The position numbers and the translations under genes were made by a program. Positions 51,301 through 61,600 of a stretch of 64,000 nt of DNA are shown piece by piece (the stretch's first letter is position 1; each line of letters begins with the position of its first letter). Source of the DNA: Amoebophrya sp. A120 (Eukaryota > Protista > Dinoflagellata). The notes below the pieces were generated by a model that saw only the letters and a list, made by a program, of their open reading frames with translations, made no database searches and was not told the DNA's origin. The DNA is taken from contig CAJINV010000014.1 of assembly GCA_905178155.1 (NCBI GenBank), positions 1,105,858 to 1,169,857 of the forward strand, read 5' to 3'.

Positions 51301-54300
51301 AGACATTTTTGCATTTGATACGCACAACTTCCTTCTGTCCTGCGCGGTGCTGCACAAAAAGGGGCTGGCACATTTGGATATCAAACCGGAGAACCTGATG
51401 AGTTGCCAGGGCAGTTGGAAGCTGATTGACGTGGACGGCTGTGTGCCGCTGCAAACGGAAATCAGCATCAACGACAGTATTAGGTCTTCATGTGTCCTCG
51501 CGGTGTAGTTTTTGTTGATTCATCGAGTGGTCTCTTCTCGCATCAAGAATTTGAATCTATCATGCCATGGCAGCTTGGTCGAGAAGCCGAAAAAGGTAAT
51601 TAAAGTTCTACTTCACGTGTCCCATGCTGAGCACGACAAAGTATAAATTCAAAAACTTACTACAGGCACGATCTCCTTTTCTCCCTGCTATTGCGCACCG
51701 GAGTGGGCTCACTTCTTGATCGAGGACCTCGAGAAGATGACGGTGTCCGCCGCGCTTGACGTGTGGTCGGTGGGGGTGTCTCTCCTGGAATTAATCGCGT
51801 TCGACGCCGTGTTGAAGCCAAAATACGCCTCGTTGTACAAGGAAACGGGGTCACACCGGAAAGCCGGGTTTCTCTTCCTCGAATGGTTGTCCTCGAAGGA
51901 CGAAAATGCGATTGATCGGTTGGACTTGATCCAGGACATCCGGAAAAAAGCGGACCCGCTCTTCGTCGATCTGGTGCTGAACCACATGCTGAAAAAACAC
52001 CTCCCAAATCGGTGGAGTTTGGCGCAGTGTCTCCAGCACTCGTTTTTCACCTCGGGCGGGTTCATCGAGCGGGCGCTGTCAAATAAAGGAGAGCAGAATT
52101 ATGCCGGAACATCATCTTCGGGCGGGGCGCACAGAACAAGCAACAACATCAAAACTACCTCATCTTCGTCCCAGCAGGGGCAGTATCAAAATTCATCCAA
52201 GGAGAAGGAACAAATTGCTTCCGGTGGTTATACAAGTACTTCTGGTCAACATCATCAACGCTCTCCCTTGGGAGCGGACCACATTACCAGCCCGCAGACC
52301 TCGGACCGGCAAATCAAGTCCGAGTCCAGTTCTAAGGAGCGGGAAAAACAGTTACTGCAGCACCAAGAGCAGCATCAGACGAATTTGTCTCTACCGGGGA
52401 AGTTGGCGACCACGCCCTCGACGAGCAAAGAAAACCTCGGGAGCGGTGGCGGGGCATTGCTGGGCACCAGCCCATCAATACTTCGGGCGGATGAGGAAGA
52501 GAGAATGTTGGTGAAGAGCATTAAGGAGCGACGGAAGGAAAGAGTAATAGATTTTAATTACATGGATTCATCCTTATCGTATGTTGATGTTGTTTCCCAT
52601 TTATTCTTTCTTCTGTTATGCGCATTAGGAAAGAATTCCATTTATAGGGCATCAGCATCGTGCCGAGACATGAATGCGCACGAAAAAAAACTCTCTGTGT
52701 CATCAGATGGAAGAAGCCACCAACAGCGCCCCAGAGGACGAGAACAAGCCGCCGCTGCTCAAGGGCGTTCTGTGGAAACTGAATTCCGACGGGGATTGCG
52801 CGAATCCGGAGCACTGGCTCCGGAGGGATGTGTGGCTGTCGGCGAACGGGAATTTGTGCTATTACTCGCAGAAAAAGAACAAACGACTGATTTTGCTGGA
52901 CAACGAAAATCTCGCACGGGCGGAAATCAGCAGTTCTTTGAGTACTACTAGAGCGAATGCCGAAGATCATGGAAGTACTACAACAGGTCGGACTACCAGT
53001 AGTTTCAGCAACAATGCCTATCCGTTTTATCAACTGTAAAAATGTCTGGGTCTGGAAACTTGTGATGCCGGGTGGCGTCTCATGATGAGGCTACAAATGC
53101 TGGCCCCGCATGACAAGTTTCTGAGCTCCTAGGTATTGCCTATTCTGCATGACAAACTGCGCATCTGCATCACAGAAAAACGCAGCTCTTGGGTAACGTG
53201 CATGACAGATTTAAGAGTCATGCCAGACAAGCATGACAAACATAAATTCTTCCAGACCCAGACATTTTTACAGTTGATACGTTTGTGATCCAGTTGAAAG
53301 TGAAACAAAATCAGAACAACGCGAAGGATCTGGATATGGCAATGGGAAATGCTTTTTTCTGAAAACTTTTTTTTTTTGCCACATATAAATTACCCGTCGC
53401 GGTGAGTAGATGGCTTTTTGCCGGAAAAAATCGACTGCGTGGCAACAGCGTCTGCAGTGGTATCCTGAGCTCGCTAGCCTGACGGCAAGAAGATTACCGC
53501 ACTCGGGGCCCACTGCGTCACGGGTTTGGGTCCGGCGTGGCCGGCGTAGATGTCGGAAGGCCAGCCCCTGCAGTGCTGCCACTTTAATGAAAGCAATACG
53601 CGGGCAGCCCAAGGCCGGACGTGCTGCGGGTTGGAGCCAACAGCAGGCCCACGCCCCAGCAGGAGAAACAGGCTCCCGCGCGCAGCTTCAAAATAATTCA
53701 AATCCATACTCGGCAGCGCCGACGACAGTGATGCCAGGGCCGCGGCGCTCCTCCGGGCCTGGGTCTCGGGGTGCGGTTCTTCGCCCCAGCCTCTTTTGCC
53801 AGGGGGCTAGCAGAGTTCCTTCCTCGGCTGCAAGTTGAAGTCCTCGGGGGGTCCCCCCAAGGGGCCCCCCAACCCCCCCCCCCCCTTTTGGGGCCTTTGC
53901 CGAGAGCTACTCCCCATTGATATCTCCACGAAGGGGGGTCCCCCAAACCCCCCCCTCAAGGGGGGGCCCGGCCGCGCTTTTTGTTTCCGCAAGTTTGCGG
54001 CTTTTGCAAGAATGCGTCTGGAACAGTGACAGCGCGAATTCGGCCAAGACGGGGATCTGTACAGCCTGGCCCGGAACAAACCCAAAGACGCCGAAGTTCT
54101 CAGCCTGCTCTGCGTTTGTCTATTGGGGCACTTGGAAAGCTGGGGCGGGCGACGCCTAGAGGTCACGCGCGTTTCAGACCGCCGCATCTGAGCGAGCCAT
54201 TCAGAATTTCGCTGACTTACCCCGAGCCTCTGCCCCATACACAGAAGCCGCGGTGGGGGCATTGTGTGTCAAGTACCTTGAGCCCAGAGCGCCAAGGACC

Positions 54301-57148
54301 GAATCCATGGCCGCGGCTACTCCGGAGGCCGCATCTCTTTCGCGTCCCAGGTAGCTAGCTAAGTACCAAGAGCCGCCAACTCGCTTAGACAGATCTATTC
54401 TGCGTGTGCCCGCTTGTATGCCTATGGAGTGCCGTAAGATCATATGTGGCGAAAAAAAAAAGTTTTTTGAAAAAAGTAGTTGATCCAGTTGAAAGTGAAA
54501 CAAAATCAGAACAACGCGGAAGATCTGGACGCTTCTACTGCGGAGGATCTCGTCCTCCCGTCCCCAGATACGGAAATTCAGCGGTACGCCTGCGAACACA
54601 AGGAGGATCTGCAGATGTGGCTGAAGTTTTTGGAAAAGGCGGCGCAGAAGAAGATGAACGATTATGAGAGTGCACAACAACTGCTTGCGTTTTCCCGCGG
54701 CCTCATTTGTCATGCAAAATACCGAGAGTCCGTGTGCGTGTGCGTGTCCGCTTCTCGCCTGTAAGCAGTCTATGCACGACATGACAACAAGCTTCCCACG
54801 AAGAACTCGAGCAGTACTAGAATTGCTGTGCGGATTAGGTGGATTTGTCATGCGGAAGCTACTAGAGCTACTTACACTTCTGGCAATGCTTCTGTTGCGC
54901 ATGCCACTTGTGCTCCTCTTCAAATTATGAGGGGAGCGAATAAAAAGGGGAAGTTGTTGTGCACTCTTATAAGGAAGACATCGAAGATCTTTCCTTTCTG
55001 ATGAAAAAGGCGAAGTTAGTGGACATGAAGCTGCTCTGCCAAATCCGGAATAGAAGGGCGAAGATTCCGGATGACACCGCCAGTACGGTCGGGTCGGTCA
55101 ACGACGAAAGTAACCAGCAGAACAATACGCGTATACAAGTATGTCTGGTTCTGGAAGACTGCTGCAATGTTTGTCTCATGCTTCGGTGATAAACGAGATC
55201 GAGAAAACAACCTGTCTTGCCTATTGCGATGCAGTTGCAGCCCCCTCTCTTTGCCATGCAATAAGAGATCCAATTGAATTTCTCATGCGCGTAAAAATTA
55301 CGGAAGTCATAGCACTAGCAGCTGAAAATCTTGTGAGGCGTTGCTCCATTGAGCAGGAGTCTGCTAGCTTACCAACCACGCATGATCAGCGTCACAAGTC
55401 TGTTCCAGACCCAAAAACACTTGCAATTCATAAACAATAATGCTGCCTTGCGCTCCTCTGCGGAACTATACCGGCCGGTGTTTAAGCGAGAGCTGTGGAA
55501 ATTAAACCAGAACGGGGAGATATCGTAGCGAAAAAATTGTCTCACCGTGGTGATTTTGCAAAATCTGCATCACAAGTTTGTTACGCATGTATGACACTGA
55601 AAATATGTCATGCGGGGTTCCTCCGAGAAAACACAGCTAGAAACCCAGCGTCTTGCATGTGCAGCATGACACACACTTTTGCAATCCATCTTCTGCATCA
55701 CAAGCTCACAGTGAAACAGTTTTTGCTTGCGATAGGAGATCATGAACGAAGAGCACTGGTTGAAAAGGGAAATGTGGCTCGCGAGAAACGGGGCGTATCC
55801 GGAGTAAAAACGTTCCCACATCATAATCAAGTTGCAAACTCTGCAACACAAATCCAGAAGTTTTGGGAGCCACGCATGACAAGTTCGTCTCTGTATTGTA
55901 GTGCATGTTAGCAAGGACAATTGCATCATGAACCCGTCTCCTCATCCTGTTTACAGCATTACAAATGCCAAAACCCGATTAGAAATGGCTCTGATAGGGA
56001 TCATGCGCATTACAAGTCTTCCTGTCTTTGCAAATCTGCATGACAACTCTGGAGTGGGGACGTTTTTATTCAGGATAGGGCGTTCTGCTACTTCAGCAAG
56101 AAAGAAGACCGTGAGTTGCAGTACTACACGGCGGATGACATCTATCGTAGGAAAAAAGTGTTACAGTTACACATTGTGTTGCAAGCCCAGCATGACAGAC
56201 AGCCTCTGTCATGCCGGATAAGCCTAGGAACCTTGTTTCATACGTGTTTTCCCGTAGGATTTCTGCATTGCAAGTTTTCTCTCTAATGCAAAGAAATTTG
56301 TGTTGCTGCATTGACAATAGATGTGTAACTGTAACACTTTTTTCTTGGGATAACATCAAACACGTACACTGCGCGGAGGTACTCGTAATAAGTAGCAAAT
56401 TTAAATAAAAGGATTAGCATGACATCAGCCTGCATTTCTTTGTGATGCATAGACCCCGCAGTTGGGTACATCATCATCATCATCATGCAAAGACCGTGCG
56501 AGGATGCGTATTATAGAGGAAAGAATAAGAAAGAACGATGCATTTCCATTTGTAAAAAAGAGCCAGCACCTCCTGATTTATTACCTGTTCTCTCAGGTCC
56601 CCTACCCCGAGCAATCTTGCCGCCCGTGGACTTTTTCGATGACTTTGAAAGCGCAGGACGGCGTGGAGTTCGCCCCCGGTGTGTATCAAACGGAAAAATC
56701 CCCCCTCCCCATATCGAAATGGAAATCTGTGATGCAGGATTTGAGGTACCAAATCGACTTGTCATGCTAGAAGGCCAAGAGCCGCAGTCGTGGTCTCGTT
56801 TGCAGGCAATTTGTCATGCTGTTTCCCACTCTCAGCTGCCTCCTATCATGCTGAAGATGCAAGGCTCCCCCACGCCACCCAGCACTACAGTCCGCATCTT
56901 TTCCCGTGTAGCATGACAAAGCTGATTTGTGACAACAAATCTGCATCACAGATTTCCGTTTTGATATGGGGAAGGGGATTTTTCCTTTTGATAGTGTTTT
57001 TGCGGCCACCAGTGAGGACGTCATGAAAACCTTCCTGGGCTGTATCCGGAAATTCCAGGAAAAGCACCGGCGGAGGCAAGAAGCGCGGGAACAAAAATCA
57101 AAGGAGGCCACAGCTGCTGCTGGAGGGAGTAGCAGCACGAGGCACTGA
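48377..57148 (+). CDS. Ser/Thr protein kinase with two C-terminal PH-like domains (paralog 1), heavily interrupted
   Basis: Reconstructed LGEGSFSSV, VAVKTYK, HLDIKPEN, IDVDG, YCAPEW, DVWSVG; PH-like KGVLWKL..HWLRRDVWL..LCYYS and RELWKL..HWLKREMWL..FCYFS; 12 introners, one 1.15-kb insertion, 4 GT-AG introns; N-terminal MGC. Confidence 0.88.
48939..49430. mobile_element. Introner family A carrying a nested 214-bp insertion
   Basis: Family A TIRs; TSD GAAGC/GAAGC; reverse orientation relative to 51053. Confidence 0.93.
49102..49315 (+). mobile_element. Nested insertion, possibly a 5'-truncated non-LTR/SINE fragment
   Basis: Flanked by 15-bp direct repeat CGCGGAGCACAAAGT; internal tandem repeat of about 34 bp; ends CGATG CGATA CGATA. 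Confidence 0.6.
49478..49799. mobile_element. Introner family C
   Basis: Family C TIRs; TSD CGAAC/CGAAC; joined reading DRYELIPGKEGWLGEG. Confidence 0.95.
49942..50259. mobile_element. Introner family D (opposite orientation to 16786)
   Basis: TATGGGAGTGTCAGGATTGAAATCG / CGATTTCAATCCTGACGCTTCCATA; TSD AGACG/AAACG; joined reading VAVKTYK. Confidence 0.93.
50761..50958. mobile_element. Introner family F
   Basis: TATGAAATTGCACAAC / GTTGTGCACTCTCATA; TSD CGCCA/CGCCA. Confidence 0.93.
51053..51320. mobile_element. Introner family A
   Basis: Family A TIRs; TSD CGCAC/CGCAC. Confidence 0.95.
53028..53279. mobile_element. Introner family A
   Basis: Perfect TIR TATCAACTGTAAAAATGTCTGGGTCTGGAA; TSD CGTTT/CGTTT. 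Confidence 0.95.
53335..54480. mobile_element. 1.15-kb TIR element with lost right terminus, flanked by a 49-bp exon duplication
   Basis: Starts TATGG; subterminal inverted repeats CTTTTTTCTGAAAACT..TGCCACATAT / ATATGTGGCGA..AGTTTTTTGAAAAAAG; direct repeats 53286-53334 and 54481-54529 (47/49 identical). Confidence 0.8.
54663..54971. mobile_element. Introner family F
   Basis: TATGAGAGTGCACAACAACT / AGTTGTTGTGCACTCTTATA; TSD ACGAT/AGGAA (3/5); frame restored. Confidence 0.9.
55126..55432. mobile_element. Introner family A (divergent)
   Basis: TACGCGTATACAAGTATGTCTGGTTCTGGAA / TTCCAGACCCAAAAACACTTGCAATTCATA; TSD AACAA/AACAA. Confidence 0.88.
55521..55734. mobile_element. Introner family B-like
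   Basis: TATCGTAGCGAAAAAATTGTCTCAC / GTGAAACAGTTTTTGCTTGCGATA; TSD GGAGA/GGAGA. Confidence 0.92.
55796..56077. mobile_element. Introner family G
   Basis: TATCCGGAGTAAAAACGTTCCCAC / GTGGGGACGTTTTTATTCAGGATA; TSD GGGCG/GGGCG. Confidence 0.95.
56143..56352. mobile_element. Introner family B
   Basis: TATCGTAGGAAAAAAGTGTTACAGTTACACAT / ATGTGTAACTGTAACACTTTTTTCTTGGGATA; TSD ACATC/ACATC. Confidence 0.95.
56684..56993. mobile_element. Introner family C
   Basis: Family C TIRs; TSD GTGTG/GTGTT. Confidence 0.93.
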
Positions 57149-58605
57149 AGAGATGTTGTACTTGTTTACAAAAAAAGTTGATGAAGGTCTATCTAATCTA
57201 AAACCTGAACTTGTACACAGCACACGGTGATTTTCGCTGACTCAAGCGGAAGGAGCCACAGGCGATTTCATTTTGTCACGACGTGTAGAAAAAAAAAATC
57301 ATGATGCAGCAGATGTAGTGCAGTAAAATTTGATTTGAAATAAAGGTAGAAATTATACGACGAGCATTATCAAGGTTACATATGTCGAAGTTTCAGTCAT
57401 CAAAGCGGGTCTATTCTCGCACATTGTATGAAGAGTGCAAAACTCAGTATAAGAATAAAGCGAAGCAGTCCACTCCTGCTATCTCATGAAAAAGACCAAA
57501 TATGAAGATCATGCTTTCGTCAAATAGTAAGAAGTACTCCAGTTTTATTGTAAAATCGTATTCGTATGTCAGAGTGAGAAGTAGAACACTAAAGTAAGAG
57601 CGTAGGAGGTATGGTCGTGAGGATCTATGAAGGCAAGCAGGTAGTAACCTAAAATGAAGTATGCAGCGTGAGGCAACAGGCAGAGGTAGTCATCTCTCTT
57701 GTCCTAGCAGGAGTTTGCGAAAAAATTCGAGGTTGTTTTCAACTCCTCCTGAATTTGCTTGTCATGGATCTTCACCTTTTTGTGCTAAGATAAATATCCA
57801 GAAATGTTGAAAAATGGAGAATACACTGACGTCGACAAGAATTGCGTGTCAGAGTCAGTTCATTGAATTGATTGTCGTGGTTGTTAAAGAAATGACTGAA
57901 ATTTTCTTTTCTTTACCGCATAGAAGTACGTAGCAATGGTGCACGAAACGACGGAGCGCGAGTGGAACCCCTTGTAGGTACATGTTTCAGAAACACATTG
58001 AAATATCAGAAATGTGTTCCAGCAGGAGCTGAGACGAAAATGAAAGTGAGCATTGAACCCTGTGCTGCAGGCAGAGAAACTGGAGCCGCCGGTTTCCGTT
58101 TTTTGATGACAAGAGAAAAATTCGGAATCAATCCAACTCATCAAGATCGAAAACGCAAAAGCAGTCCTGCAGCGTTGTTCGCACTGTTTTTTCTTCTCTT
58201 GCAACATCGCGGTTTTTTTTCCATGGATGTTTGTTGTATGAGCGGAGGAGAGACGGTGTTTTTGGTTGGCTTCCGTTTGTTTTTTTAATCCCAGTCGAAA
58301 TTCTGTTTTTTTTTTTTTATGGCTGACGTGGGGCTCGTGCTGTCCTATCCGAATCTGCATTTGTTTCATCCTGTGAAAAAATGCTTTATGTTAACGTTCC
58401 TTAATACCCCGTGCGTCTTCTGCCACAGGGACTCAAAATCGATTTTTCAGCCTGCGAATAAAGGTAAATTTTACCACAACTTTTTACAATGTGTTTCAAC
58501 GTTCACAACGACCATAAATGAACTTGGCGTCTGTTTTTACTGAATCGGGATCTTGTATGACCTGTAATCTTTGATTTGACAACATGAAAACAGCACAATG
58601 CTTCC

Positions 58606-61600
58606 ATGAATCCGCTTGAAGAGGCCCGCCGAAAAGTTCGGGAACGGAAAGAACGCGAGCAGGCAGAACGCGACGAGCAGCAGGCGCGAATCCAGCGTGA
58701 GCTCGAAGAGGCTCAACGCTGGAGTCTGAGAAGTTTGATAACGGTACGTGAAAATTGATTTTTTATTCGATAATTTTGATTTAGATTTAGTCAGTGTCTA
58801 TGTCTTTTGGTTTGACAGGGACAGAGAAGTTTTTGTTTCGTATTGAAGAACTCGAACAACACCTACAATTCCTCGTAGTTGTCCGCATTTTCCAAAAAAT
58901 GACGCCAGATGCTCTGTTGCGGCGGTGCGAACAGGAATCAGAATAGGATGCCGGGCGGTGCAGGCACTTTATTGCAGGATGCTGATTCGACGGGAAACGC
59001 CACCAGTCCCGGGGGCAAGGCGCTCTCTGGAGGTGCGAGCAAGGCCGACGGGAGGAACAAAGATGCAAACAAAAACAACCTGCCGCTTGTGCTTGGCAAG
59101 TACGAGGTGCAGCAGGGAAGGGCGGGAGTGCTCGGGGAAGGCTCGTTTTCCGTGGTACAGCGGGGAACTGATGTGAATACGGGCAAAGTGGTCGCGGTGA
59201 AGACGTACAAGATCAGCAGTAAAGACACCGCGGAGGACATGGAAAATTGCGTCACCAAATTCAAGAGGCAGATCGAGGTAAGTGTGATTCGCTGTGAAAG
59301 CATCACAAATTTTTCGCGTGACTTTCATTCTTTGTGTGTGGATTTGATTGATATCTTGTGCACGATAAATTGTCAGTGATTCGTATTAATTTACGTGCAT
59401 GGCAAAGAAAAAGAATCGAAAGGTCGAGAACATCAATCTCAGGTCCTCCAAATGCTGATGGAACCCCTGGACAAGAAGTTTGTGACCGGCAACACCCAGA
59501 CCGCCAACCTGCACCACCCGGTTCTCATGAAGATCGACCCAAGGAAGTGTTTTCTCGAACTCCTTGATTTTTCGAAGGACAAGAACGGGAAACCGGGGCC
59601 GGACATGAAAGACGGAAAACTGTATGTGGTAACGGAGGTGGCGGACTACAGTTTGAAAGACTATCTCGGGCAGAAATTAGCGGAGAACGGGACTTTGTCG
59701 AGGGAATCCGTGCGACAAATCTGCAGGTCGTTTCTGATCGCTATGGCCATGCTGCATGTGAAAGGTACAAGTTGTTTTTACCTGAATGTGAACTCGACCT
59801 ACTTGCAAATTAATCATGTTGGCCATTTTGTTCAATTTGTTCTCAGAACAGCCGTGAATAAGTATTTTCTGGCAGGTACTATGATAAAAGCAAATCATGA
59901 AACTGCCTATATTCAGGTCTTGTCCACCTGGACATGAAGCCGGAGAACATCATGCGCGCTGGCGACTATCCTGAGTAAAAACGTCCCCACACCAGAGTCA
60001 AGATGGGAAATCTGCAACACAAATTTCCAAGCTTTAGGAGCTGCGCATGACAACTTAACATCTGCAGTGTAGTGCTGGTTAGCAAGGGAAGCCGCATGAG
60101 AAAGCCATTTTCTCATCCTGTCCACAGCATCACAAATGCTAAAACACGATTGGAAATGTCTGTCATGGAGATTGGCGTTACAAATTTTCGTGTCATGGCG
60201 GATTTGCATGACATTCCTGGGGTTGGAAGTTTGCGAGTTGCGAGTTGGAAGTTTGCGAGAATCAGAGTAAGGAATTGTTGGCAAAAAAAGCGAGGCGTTT
60301 TTCAGTTGGCAAGTTGGCACAGTATGGTTGTTGGCAAGTTCGCACTTTATTTTGTCATGCATGACAAACCACTACTATTTAGCAGTGTCTGTACAATTTT
60401 CCACTCCATAATACCCCCGGCCCCGGTGTATGACTAGTTCTATAACTAACTGCCTGGTGCCGGTTGCTGCTGCTCGTGCTCGTCGACCTCGTGCGTCCCT
60501 TTTCAACAACTTGATGCAACTACACGCGATGTTGGACTGCTTTACCCTGCTGTACTTTCGGTGACTGATGACCGCCTGCGCCGTCTATGCGGATGGTGGG
60601 CGCAAGGACCTCCACCCGGTGTGCTCGTGGTCCTGGATTCGACGTCACTATTTCGGCCGACCTCACGATAGGTTTGCTCGCGGTCCTCTATCCTGTGCCT
60701 GCTCTTGCCCCACGTCTTGCGCGACTCCTGCTCCTGTTTCTGCTGCGGACTAGATAATTCTGGGTGGGACCGCCGCCGATGTCGCTACCCCTGCCGATTT
60801 TACAAAGGGCCCCCTGACCAAGCATTGTCCAGTTGCTGCACTTGCTCCACATATGCCTCTACGCCTGCTCTCGATACTACTTTGGATCCGATCGGTCGCG
60901 ATATGCCGCTGCGACACATTCCAGCATACCATCAGCGCGGGCTGCTTCCGTGGGGCGACATCAATCTCGCCTACGACCAGTGGGGCTCAACCGACCCGCC
61001 CCCCCCCTATTTAAAAAATTCTAAGTCCAAAAAAAAAAATTTTTGATTATTAGTCTTAGGCACTGCACGTGCGAGGCTCCGTGTAAGTAATTACTTTCTG
61101 AACTTTTATCTTGTGCTGCTTGGCCGACTTTATTTCTATTTACCTTAGCTCGGGGCCGCATCCCTGTCGCTTTCCTTCGCCTATTCTCGTTTTCAAAATT
61201 TAAATATATTTCTTTCTACACTTTCTGTTCTCGGTTGCATTATATTGACCCACGCGTGGACCTACTTACTATTATTCTTTTGTGGGCCGCACCCCACCAC
61301 TTATTTTGCCTACCTCTCCTTGCGGGCCGCATCCCGCTATGCTATCTACTTCCTGACTTTTATCGTCGGCGCCGGCACTTTTAGTTAACTTTTGATTTGC
61401 CATTCATCCGTTGTTCGGGGCCGCATCCCCACTTTTCGTTCGCCTTTAGCCTTTCAGCTTTGGTGCTGGATTTCGGGCCGGGTGTCCCTCGTTTTTCCTT
61501 TTTTCTATTTTCTCTTAATGTATCCAAGATTTATCTTTTCTTGAAGGGCCGCATCCCTTCTAGTTATTTTCCTTCATCAGATCTCCAGGTAGTTTATGCG

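Noticed and set aside
53335-54480. Autonomous transposase inside the larger inserts (also 60224-61898 and 46260-47740)
   Set aside because: No long ORF or recognisable DDE, RT or integrase motif.
48377-57148. Interpreting the fragmented kinase and channel genes as pseudogenes
   Set aside because: Every interruption I traced resolves to an intact frame with conserved catalytic motifs and no residual stops.
61150-61560. Repeat-spacer pattern as a CRISPR array
   Set aside because: The repeat is only 12 bp, spacers are irregular and low-complexity, no cas genes are present, and the context is eukaryotic.
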